A stretch of DNA of 63,917 nucleotides, the filler included, from Octopus bimaculoides (Eukaryota): the NCBI RefSeq assembly GCF_001194135.2. It is 5 parts of 5 records of this genome, joined end to end, with 100 filler letters (N's around TTAATTAATTAA, not from the genome) between each part and the next. Parts side by side here need not be neighbours in the genome. Positions count along the whole stretch, not along the records: positions 36,449 to 60,203 come from NC_069008.1; positions 60,304 to 62,796 come from NC_068986.1; positions 62,897 to 63,917 come from NW_026337809.1; 2 more parts are not named here. One strand, given 5' to 3'. Made by a program: the position numbers and the translations under genes. Shown piece by piece: positions 53,000 to 63,917 of the stretch (position 1 is its first letter; each line of letters begins with the position of its first letter). The notes beneath the pieces were generated by a model. It was not told the DNA's origin. It ran no database searches and saw only the letters and a list, made by a program, of their open reading frames with translations.

Positions 53000-55170
53000 A
53001 TCTTTCCACCAGCCCACTTGAGCTCGGGTGGTAAGGTGGAGTGAAAAAATGCTTTATCGCATGCATTTTACAGAATTTCTTGAATTCATACCCCGAGAAT
53101 TGCGTTCCATTATCAGAAACTAATGTGTCTGGAATACCGCATCGCACAAGCAATTCATATAAGAACTTTATAGCTGTCTTAGCAGTTGGTTTATTGTACC
53201 TGCATACATCTGGCTACTTTGTACAGCTGTCTACCACGATTAGATAGTAAGTGCCGTTCACTGGTCTGGTATAGTCAATATGTAAACTAGACCATGGTTT
53301 CTCAGTCTCCGACACGATTAATATTTTACCAGCGGAGCTTCGGCCGCAAGCACGCAACTTCGACAAGTTCTCACCGTCCATAGTCGGCCAAAAGATATAG
53401 CTCCTCATCCTCGACATTCCCAAGTGTCTGCTATGGAATTGCTGCAGTAATGTAGTCGGCACTCTTTGAGCATAGATCAGAATATTGTCGCATATTGAGA
53501 AACTACTCGAATTTGTATTCTGCTTTTTTTTTAAAAGCTTCTTTCATTTCTGTAATCTATCATCGTCTACAGATTTCATTTTTATATCCTGTGCAGTCAA
53601 TGGCAGTTCTTGGATAACATTAGTTTTATTTCATTTTCTGCCTGCAGTGTGGCTATCATGGTATCTTCTAGTGGTTCCGTATTTGGAGGAATTAGTCTCA
53701 ATAGACAGTCCACATGACCAATTTTAAAATTTTTTAATGGAATATACTGCATTTTGAAACTGTAATTTAGTAACATTATACCTCAATGCTGTAATTGGTT
53801 CGCTGCATGGGTAGGTAACCCTTTCTTTGAACCATAAATTGATAGCAATGATCAATGTTCTGTTTGTAAGAGAAAACTTCTACCATGTAGAATCCTGTGA
53901 AATTTTTTCACAGCAAATATAATCGATAGGGCTTCTTTTTCTCTGCGGCTATCAGCGAGTGCGTAACATGAATCACTGGTTCGTACTTCCACCTTTATAC
54001 TTGTATAGCAAAACTGCTCCTATTCCATACTTCAAAGCATCAGATGCTACAACAATGTCCATTTCAGGATCGAAATGCACTGGAGATAAATCTGCGATTA
54101 GAATTTTTTTAAATTTCTTTATTGCGTCTGCCCTCGTCGGGTCAGGCTGTCTACCGTTTGTATCAATTGTTTGTCCCAAGTACTTAATTTGAGGTAAAAA
54201 AAAAAATTTGCATTTTTCTTCACTCAAAGTGAACCTGTACTGTTTAATTTTCTTGAACACAGCTCTTATATACTCCACATGCTGTTCATGCGAATTACTC
54301 TTAATAAACATATCGTCTAAATGAGGGATTGCAAATTCACAATCAGATAACATAGCATCTATGATTTGCTGAAATATTGCCAGTGCAATATTGAAAAGGT
54401 AATCGGGTATATCTAAACAACCCTCTATGTGTATTTATTGTCAGGTACTTTGAGCATTTGTCATTTGCTTCAATCTGTAAACAAGTATCAGACAGATCCA
54501 ATTTAGAGAAACTTTTTCCCCCATTTAATTTTGTGAAAATGTTCTCTGAAGTCGGGAGTGGATGGTGGCATGTCTTTAAGCAGGCATTCAACCTCGTAGA
54601 GAAATCAGCGCACAGCCTTATCTCATCATTTTCCCTTTTAATGCACTCCGTGAGCGCCACTCAGAGTAATCTACCTTTTTAATCATTCCACTGTCCAATT
54701 CTTCATTTACGATATCAGTTGCCGCGAACGGTACTTTTACTGCACTTAAATACAGGCACAGCATTTTCATTTACTTGAAAGCAGGCTTCAGTCTTTTTAC
54801 ATAGACCTAAGTCCTCTTATAGTACTTGAGGAAATGTCTTTTTCAATTTTCTCTTCAATTCCTCAGACGACTTATTTTTAACGGGGCAAAATATTTGTTT
54901 TTGCAGCAGAAACCTATGGGTAAGTGCCATAAGTCAAATAACTCCAACCAATCTGTACCAGATTGATTGTATTCTCCACAATATTTTTGCTGCGCGTTTC
55001 TCCTCAATGTGACATCTGTACACATTTGGCCCCGTGAAATGTAATTTATCGTCCGTCACGCCACGCGCAATTTTCGCTGTTTTATGTAACCTCGGTTTAC
55101 CGATTTTTCTCCATGTATCCGCATTTATGATTGAAATATCACAAACCTTATCCAACTATAGTTTAATATT
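53000..55170 (-). mobile_element. Ty3/Gypsy LTR-retrotransposon pol fossil (protease-RT-RNaseH-integrase)
   Basis: Remnants include IRLCADFS..FSKLDLSD..LTINTHRGLFRYTRLPF, HLDDMFI, IKYLG, HFDPEMDIVVASDALKYGIGAVL and integrase H..HLGM..KPWSSLHIDY..YYLIVVD. The domain order is Gypsy-type; many disruptions; LTRs not identified. Confidence 0.9.
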
Positions 55171-55599
55171 TACAGTTTATTTTTACGTGTATGAATTTTC
55201 TTGATAAATAAAGAATACACTGTAACAGTATTACAACAATACAAAATAGAAGCAGCGATAGGTCGCTCTTGAGTGCTACTGGCAACATGTAATCCAGTAC
55301 AACCTGTTGCATGGTCGGGTCATCGACGACTAAACTAGCAATCCCACCAGACTTGCTTGGTGAAGAGGAGGATTGTTGGACATCCTGCAGGATGAAAAAT
55401 AAGACCCGGAGGAATTCATGAGCAAGGGATTTGCGATAACCAGAACCTAAATTCATCACAGTACTCAGTTAACTCTCATTAGCCATACAGCTACTCTTAG
55501 CTTCTGCAGCAGCTACCATATGGTGTGAGACACCCTGTCAAAGACTCCTTGTCAACAAATGCTAACAACAGTGGTTTACTTTTTGCTAAATACTTCTAC

Positions 55600-56200
55600 A
55601 ATTGCCAAACAATAAAGAGAGTAGCCAGTGCTTCTCCTCAGCATTAAACCAAACTGAATCTTATCTATCTCAACTCTCTAAGTATATGGGTTGACTCCTT
55701 CAGTGACTTTCATAACCTCATCCAGTAATTTGATACCTCTGTATTTACTTCTATGGTATCTCTTTATACCAGTCTTTGGGTTTGATACCTTCCTGTACAA
55801 CCTAATTAGGTATAGGGTGACTACACTATATCCTACTCCACTAAATATTTTAAGCATTTCATAGGTAATTCCTGATGGAGAAGAGGTTGTCCAAGGTTTT
55901 ATGTTCATAACAGTGATGTCAACAATAACTGGATCCTGTCAGTTCATATTAGGGAGATTCTCTTTCTCCTATTCATTCTCTGCATTCAGGAGCCTTTCAT
56001 AGTAGCACTTCCATGTCTCTCTTCCGAAGCACTGAGTGCAAGCATGTCATTATCCTTCTGCACACATTTCTCTCCCAAATCTCAATGTTCTCTGGTACAC
56101 TGCCTCACAAACCAGAACACTTTGGGCCTTCAATCCTTGTATAATAGAAAATTGACCAACCTCTCTGTCTCTGAATCCTCTTCAATTTTCTCATTACCTA
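55600..56200 (-). mobile_element. RTE-clade LINE fragment (pre-RT region)
   Basis: WKCYYERLLNAEN and YRGIKLLDEVMKVTE remnants. Confidence 0.7.
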
Positions 56201-56400
56201 ATGACTATTTTCCATGTTGGTATGGGCTGAATGGTTTGACAGAACCTGGCAAGCCAAAGGGCTGCACTGAACTCCATTGTCAGTTTTGGCATGGTTTCTA
56301 CAGATGGATGCCCTTCCTAATACCAACCATTTTACAGAATGTACTCAGTGCTCTTTACGAGACACCAGCATTGGGGCTTTTAAGATGGCATGAACACCAT
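56200..56400 (+). mobile_element. RTE-type 3' tail repeat
   Basis: The GGATGCCCTTCCTAATACCAACC motif is characteristic of RTE/RTEX 3' ends. Confidence 0.5.
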
Positions 56401-56529
56401 TCTCTCTCCCTTGGCTGGGAGAGAGAATGATACAGAAGGAGGTGGGCATGTGAAGGAGAGTGGTGACAGCTGCGGCAGGTGAGGATCATGGGTGGGAGAA
56501 GAGGGATGTTGACAAGATAGGTTGCAGGA

Positions 56530-57170
56530 GATTTATGACAAAGGACAGGACATGTTTGTATGTAGGACCATAATTTTGCTTAGGTTCTCTTCTTTAGCAC
56601 AAATCCCCAGATGATTTTCTCTCTGTTGTCTCTTCTGTGAATCACAAAATCAAAAGATCATTTCTCACCACTTCTTCCCATATCTTCCTGGGTCTACCTC
56701 TTGCAAAGTATCACTCTACAATTAGAGATTAGCATTTCTTTATGCAGTTTCTCTTATCAATATGCATCACATTCCCATACAAGGGCTTGCACTGGGTACA
56801 TTGTATAGAATTTCTATCAACACCTTTTCAACAGGTCAAGCAGGGCCATATCCCTGAATAGATTAGTAATTTACCTGCTTTCCTACTTATTTGGATCTTG
56901 ATCTTTGCTAAATTAAGCCTGAAGCTCTTTGATTCTAGACCATCCTTCGACACCTGAAATTTATTCTCTAATTCTAAGAGAGACAAAGCTGTAAGAATAA
57001 GTTCATCTGCAAAGGGGACCCTCCAAAGCAACCAAATTAAATCCCTCTAATATGGCCTGGAGGATTAGGATAAACAAGTGTGGGTTGAGAACTGATCCAT
57101 GGTGAACTCTAAATCTGCACACTAAATTCATCTCTCTTCATAGCCAACTTTTATCTTATTGACAGAATCC
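56530..57170 (-). mobile_element. RTE-clade LINE RT C-terminal fragments
   Basis: FADELILTA..LE.K...GLESK.FRLN..K and RGRPRKIWEEVVRNDL. Confidence 0.7.
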
Positions 57171-57175
57171 CGATA

Positions 57176-58423
57176 CAAAGTAGTATCAAAAAGTTCCTAA
57201 ACTAGTTTTTGCAGTGCACCAACAGACGGCAGCACATAGCTACCATGACATCACCGTTTACTTCGCAAGTGGTGAAATTTGTGATTACACGTATGCTGTA
57301 GTTTGCAATGTTTGTCCTGGACAGGAAGTTAGAACAAAGAACCAATGCAAAATTTTGCATTAAACTTGGGAAGTCTGCTTTGGCAAGCTTATGGCAACAA
57401 GTCAATGGATTATATGCAATGTTTTGAGTGGCACAGATGCTTCAAAACTGGAAGAATGTTCCTGGAAGACAATGAACGATACTAGAAGACCTACCATGTG
57501 CATCATCTCCAGATGTGTGGAGAAAATTGATCAGCTTGTGCATGAGGATCATCAGAGAACAATCGCTGATGTAGTTAGTGTCTGCATCTGCCCAGTTTGT
57601 CTCCTGCCTGCTGACNNNNNNNNNNNNNNNNNNNNNNNNNNNNNNNNNNNNNNNNNNNNNNNNNNNNNNNNNNNNNNNNNNNNNNNNNNNNNNNNNNNNN
57701 NNNNNNNNNNNNNNNNNNNNNNNNNNNNNNNNNNNNNNNNNNNNNNNNNNNNNNNNNNNNNNTGATGACCCATGTTTGATGTCAAGGATCATCACTGGTG
57801 ACAAGAGCTGGGTCTACAGATATAACGTGAGACAAAGCAGCAGTCATCACAATGGAAGAGACACAACAGAGCCACAGCTCAATCAAGAGCATGCTAGTTT
57901 CTTTTAACATCTGTGGTAAAAGACTTACCATTGCACATGGAGAATTCATCCCCTAGGGTCAGGTTGTCAATCAAGAGTTCTACTGTGACATTTTGAAGCA
58001 TTTGTGAGAGGACATTCAACAAAAGCAACAGAGTTTTGAAGTAGGGAGGAATGGATTCTTCACAACAAGAATGCGTCCTCTCACTGAGCTCTCCTCCCTC
58101 GTAAGTTTCTTGCCAAAAACAACATGGTATTGCTTCTGTACCTGCTCTATTCACCAGACTCAGCAGCTGTGGACCTCCATCTCTTCCCCAAGATGAAAAT
58201 GCAATTCAAAGGCTGCCAGTTTAAGAACATTGTCAAGATCCAGAACTAATCACAGAAGGTCCTCGACTCACTTAAATGAAACAACTTTGAGGTCAGATTC
58301 CAAGAGTGGCAGGAACGCTGGGACCGGTGTGTTGCTGTTCAAGGCAACAATTTCAGAGATGATGTCAAGAAACAACTAGTAATGAAATATAACTAGTCAG
58401 GGGACTTTTATAATACCACCCTG
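57176..58423 (+). mobile_element. Near full-length mariner element, degenerate (spans a gap)
   Basis: TA-flanked imperfect TIRs (CAAAGTAGTATCAAAAAGTTCCTAAACTAGTT vs CAGGGTGGTATTATAAAGTCCCTGACTAGTT). Remnants EQRTNAKFCIKLGKS, RIITGDKSWVY and GQVVNQEFY; length ~1.25 kb. Confidence 0.85.
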
Positions 58424-58424
58424 T

Positions 58425-58720
58425 ACATGGCTTGGATGCTGTTCACAAACCACTCGTCTATCCCAAGCTACCACATAGACTACTAAATAAAGGAACAAGG
58501 AACCCTGCCAAAAGATTTGTCCATGTCAGCAAAAGCCAAATACAGAGGTTAAACCTCTGTATTTCTCTAAATTCTTTTCCACCAGTTGCCTTACTAAGAC
58601 AACATCAGTAGTGCTTATCTCTGACACAAAACAAAACTGCATCTCATCTAAGCTATCCCTTTTCCTAATCAATTAGGCTATGATCCCTGACAAAACCAGG
58701 TTGGAGTTGACAAGGAAGAC
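58425..58720 (-). mobile_element. RTE-clade RT fragment
   Basis: LDEMQFCFV...STTDVV.VRQLVEK matches the RTE motif QFGF..GRSTTDAIF..RQL.EK. Confidence 0.7.
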
Positions 58721-59136
58721 ACTCTTCTTGAGAAAATTTTTCTTCAAATTTTAGTAAGATAATTATAATCTAGAACTTTACTTAGTTTAATACAAAAAAT
58801 AATTCTGAAATTTATGAGAAAATAGTCTGCAGTGGAGCACTAAAATATAGAAATGCCCCATGTTTTCCATTTGTGTTCTGTTTTGTGCTGAAAAATAAAG
58901 AATAAATATAGAGTAAATTGTGGAAGTGATATTCAATAACAAACCATGAGTAGGGTGGGTGGGTGGAGGTATTCGAGAAGAAAGGTCCTTACATAATGGA
59001 GAGAGCATGGAGGTAGGGGATGGGATGGAGAGACAATTTGGAAACATTAAAACTGAAATTTTTGGAAAGAGTCATAATTTTCATTATATAAATCACAGAA
59101 ATATTAAAAAGCAAAAGTAGTTTACAAAAGAACCTA

Positions 59137-60203
<1,067 letters not shown>

Positions 60204-60303
60204 NNNNNNNNNNNNNNNNNNNNNNNNNNNNNNNNNNNNNNNNNNNNTTAATTAATTAANNNNNNNNNNNNNNNNNNNNNNNNNNNNNNNNNNNNNNNNN
60301 NNN

Positions 60304-60867
60304 TTGTAGCTGTAGCTTATAACTGGGACAGCTAAAGTGTTGATACCCATTATCTTGTTTTTAGCATTGAGCTCTGTTTTTAGTATTGATCTAACTCGTC
60401 TATAGTACTCTTTCTTTATTTTTTCTTTCATTTGTGTATGTTGTATCCTATCTAGTTCATTGACTCCTAAATATTTATATGGTTGGCTTTCGTCTAGTTC
60501 TCTTATTTCATTGGCTTTATCTAGTGTTATATTGCTACTTTTAACTAATTTTCCTCTTTTCAGGGTTGCATTGGCACATTTTTCTAATCCGAATTTCATA
60601 TCTATTTCCTTGGTAAAGCCGTGTACTGTCTATAGTAGTGTTTCTAGCTCTTTGTCATTTTTAGCATTTAATTTTAGGTCATCCATATATAAAAGGTGGC
60701 TGACTGTTTTTCCGTAGCATTTGTAACCGCATCCAGTTCTATTTAGCAATTCAGTTAAAGGTGTGAGTGCCAGGCAGAACAAGAGTGGAGAGAGCGTGTC
60801 TCCCTGGAATATTCCTCTTCTAATGGGGATGGCTTTCGTTTTCACAAGTCCCTCTTTTGTTTGGAGC
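60304..60867 (-). mobile_element. R4/Dong-clade RT fragment
   Basis: IRRGIFQGDTLSPLLFCLAL, HLLYMDDLKL, MKFGLEKCA and YKYLGV. The 5' junction directly follows (TAA)n. Confidence 0.85.
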
Positions 60868-60924
<57 letters not shown>

Positions 60925-60925
<1 letters not shown>

Positions 60926-61448
60926 GTGAGAGCAATGCATGCCATCAAAGTGACACTGAGGTACAAATATACGAAGTCCAATATACCCATAATGACCACT
61001 CGTTTGATAAGGGTACACCAGGCAGATGCATCACATGTATATGTGCGAAACCTGATGACCTCATATCAAGATAAACATCGCATGACCTTGTAGGTGGGGC
61101 CCAGTTAGAAATTTCTTGAGGTTGAGTAGCCCATCCCACTCAATAAGGTTTGTGTAAGGATGATGAACGAAACACCCATGTTTCCAGAGGTAAATTATTC
61201 AAACCCCAAAGAATTCCTCTCAACACATGGCTATGATACTCCCCCACTACTCCTCCTCGTGATTAGAGATGCCCATATCGTCAGCCACTAATGGATATGC
61301 TGAACAGGTTATGGTCAAACAAATGACAAGCAAAACTGGTGTTGAGCAGAATATATTTGCTGTTGTCCATCTTTTACACCAAGGCAAAACATTTACATAA
61401 CATTTCCAGTCAGTTAAGATTAGAAACCACGAGAGCCAGTGCCTGGTA

Positions 61449-61449
<1 letters not shown>
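60925..61449 (-). mobile_element. Family F element, full-length copy in an (ATT)n/(GTT)n tract
   Basis: Reverse complement of 36469-37006, with the same two end points. Confidence 0.8.
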
Positions 61450-61534
<85 letters not shown>

Positions 61535-61942
61535 TGAGCAGATTTTAGTTAAAAATATAATCGGAGTGTTCGAAGCAATCCATATCTGGCTATGTATGTC
61601 TGTATATTCAGCAGCCGAGCTGTACATTTGTACACAGTCAAGCAAGGGTAGAACGACAATTGTGCGCCTATAGTGCATTACCTTAAAGAAGTACTGCGTA
61701 TCAATATCTATAAAACAGAACATGTTTGTGTGTGTGTGTATGTGAATGTGGTTTATGCACGTCCACAAATTAGCACGCATGTCGCTCCAATTTTAGGAGG
61801 TGGTGTGTCATTACTTTATGCGCATTTTAGCGAAATTTTTCTCTCAGAGGCACCCGCGTATAGCTGTAAAAATCGATAAACTTTTACCAATTTTGAAGTT
61901 TGTTGACATGGCGAAGTCAAATCTGTGCGTACGCGCGTGAAG

Positions 61943-61944
<2 letters not shown>

Positions 61945-62040
<96 letters not shown>
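61945..62040. repeat. (GA)n microsatellite
   Basis: Directly visible. Confidence 0.95.
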
Positions 62041-62112
62041 TTGTATGTTTGTGAGAGGGAGGGTGAAGGAGAGATNNNNNNNNNNNNNNNNCTTACACAC
62101 ACATGCCAGTTA

Positions 62113-62145
<33 letters not shown>

Positions 62146-62997
62146 CTCTCTCTCCTTCTCTCACACACAGCAACATTACACACAAAACACATGTTGCCAA
62201 AAAGAAATAGACGCTATCTTTTTATAGTGAGTATGCCAGACAGAAAGTGTGGTGTGTATGTGAAGTTCTTTTGTTAGTGTGAGAGAGCAGTATGTGTGTG
62301 TGTGTAATGTTGCTGTGTGTGTGAGACAGGGAGAGAGAGAGAAAGAAAGAAAGAGAGATAAATGTGTGTAAGGGTGGGAGAGAGATAGAGAGGAAGAGCG
62401 CGCGCTCTGTCAGCGTTCATCAAAAATTTTAATGTCAATTTTCTTTTTTTTCTTCTTAAACATGAGATATAGGTTCAATGTTTTCGAAAGACAATATATT
62501 TTATAATGAGATTATATATACTTTCTCACACAACAATTAAAATATATTTACTTTAAATCATTTATTTATTTTAAATCGTTCATCTTTCTCCACCACCCCT
62601 TCTCATTCACACACATGCTACTTTGGGAGCGAAAGAGTTTTGTTTATATTTCATGCTGGTACGAGCCCTTAATATCGGCCTTTTCTGTAACAAGTGTCTT
62701 CGGCGATTTTTCGCCATCCATTTCTTTAACAACAATGAAACAACGAGGTATGTAACAATTTGTCAGTGTTCCATTTCTTTTTTTCTTAGTGAAAATNNNN
62801 NNNNNNNNNNNNNNNNNNNNNNNNNNNNNNNNNNNNNNNNTTAATTAATTAANNNNNNNNNNNNNNNNNNNNNNNNNNNNNNNNNNNNNNNNNNNNCACG
62901 TTATAAAAATAAAACTACTGAACAATAATAATAATAATAATAAGGAGAATGATAATAATAATAATGATAATAATGATAATAATAATATATATGTATG

Positions 62998-63039
<42 letters not shown>

Positions 63040-63885
63040 AATACACACATACACACATATATAATTATTTATATTCAAATGTGTGCATATAAGTCTGTGT
63101 CCGTATGTACATATATATACATGAGTGTGTGTGTATAGAGCTTAGTAAATTCTTATGTCTCAGACATTCGTCATGGCAGTTATGGATCCTTGTCACTTTC
63201 ATTAAATAATCAGTTTTCAATGATGTCTATTTAATATTTAATATCACGGCAGACAACAACTTTTGCAGTCATCCGTATTTTTAATATGGTTGTATAAGCT
63301 GATGCTAGTCGGTAGCGGAATCGTTAATGTAATGACGAAATTGTTTAGCAGTATTTGCTTTATTTTTTTACGTTTTTCTTTGGAATCTCACCAAAGTTCA
63401 TCATCAATTTTCATCGCTCCGAACAGAAAGAAGAAAAAAAGACAAAAAAAAAAAATTCAGAACACCAGTCCTGGCCAGTTTTTTAGGATCGATTTAATCG
63501 GTTACAAATTAGAGGCTGATATTTCTAAGACTACTCGTTATAGGAACTTCTATGGTGACAAGAGTGCCACGTTGCAATGGAACATGCTTTTTTTATTGAA
63601 ACAATTTTGGTACATAGAAAAAAGAGACTTGTTGTTTGAGCAACTTCGACCAGGCTCTCTCCAAGGATAAGAAAATTCAGCGCTACTTCACAGCACTCTC
63701 CAAATCTACATCCGTGGTATCATTTTTGTTTTAAATACATATTTTACCTGTGAATTTGCGTGTGTAAACGGAATGCATGCAATGAGCTTTTCTGCCCTAG
63801 GTGTACGGAAGACACTCGGCGAGAAATGGAAGAAAATTTGAAGAAAGAAGAAACAAACAACAACTACATAATAATAATAGTAATG

Positions 63886-63917
<32 letters not shown>

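Noticed and set aside
63263-63670. 135-aa plus-strand ORF near the window end
   Set aside because: It has a TTG start, crosses a poly-A tract and shows no recognisable motif; it cannot be supported without a search.

Overview
AT-rich, gap-ridden eukaryotic genomic DNA, most likely an octopus. This is inferred from the tRNA/CORE-type SINE families and the [17 protein letters not shown]-type zinc-finger array; no database was consulted. Three host loci are readable. (1) An uninterrupted 1853-codon ORF (18463-24024, +) predicted to encode six tandem NHL-like beta-propeller modules plus an acidic 8-aa minisatellite. (2) A complete five-exon YdjC-family carbohydrate deacetylase gene (29227-35067, +; 313 aa), reconstructed by hand with all splice phases matching. 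(3) A C2H2 zinc-finger array of about 13 units (59155-60203, -) that the ORF track shows only in the wrong frames and that decays toward its 3' end. The rest is transposon debris and microsatellites: Tx1/L1-like, R4/Dong-like, RTE and Penelope retroelements, a Gypsy pol fossil, several Tc1/mariner copies, hAT-Buster and piggyBac-type MITEs, and at least five short interspersed families. The most interesting unexplained patterns are the giant multi-propeller ORF, a SINE 3' tail matching the 3' end of a resident Tx1-like LINE, a ~540-bp non-coding element found only in (TAA)n tracts beside R4/Dong fragments, a candidate minimal hammerhead ribozyme after the Penelope GIY-YIG fragment, and a ~4-kb region bracketed by inverted arms. 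All family assignments come from remembered motifs and by-eye alignment; repeat boundaries are approximate. TTAATTAATTAA words inside N runs are scaffolding linkers.
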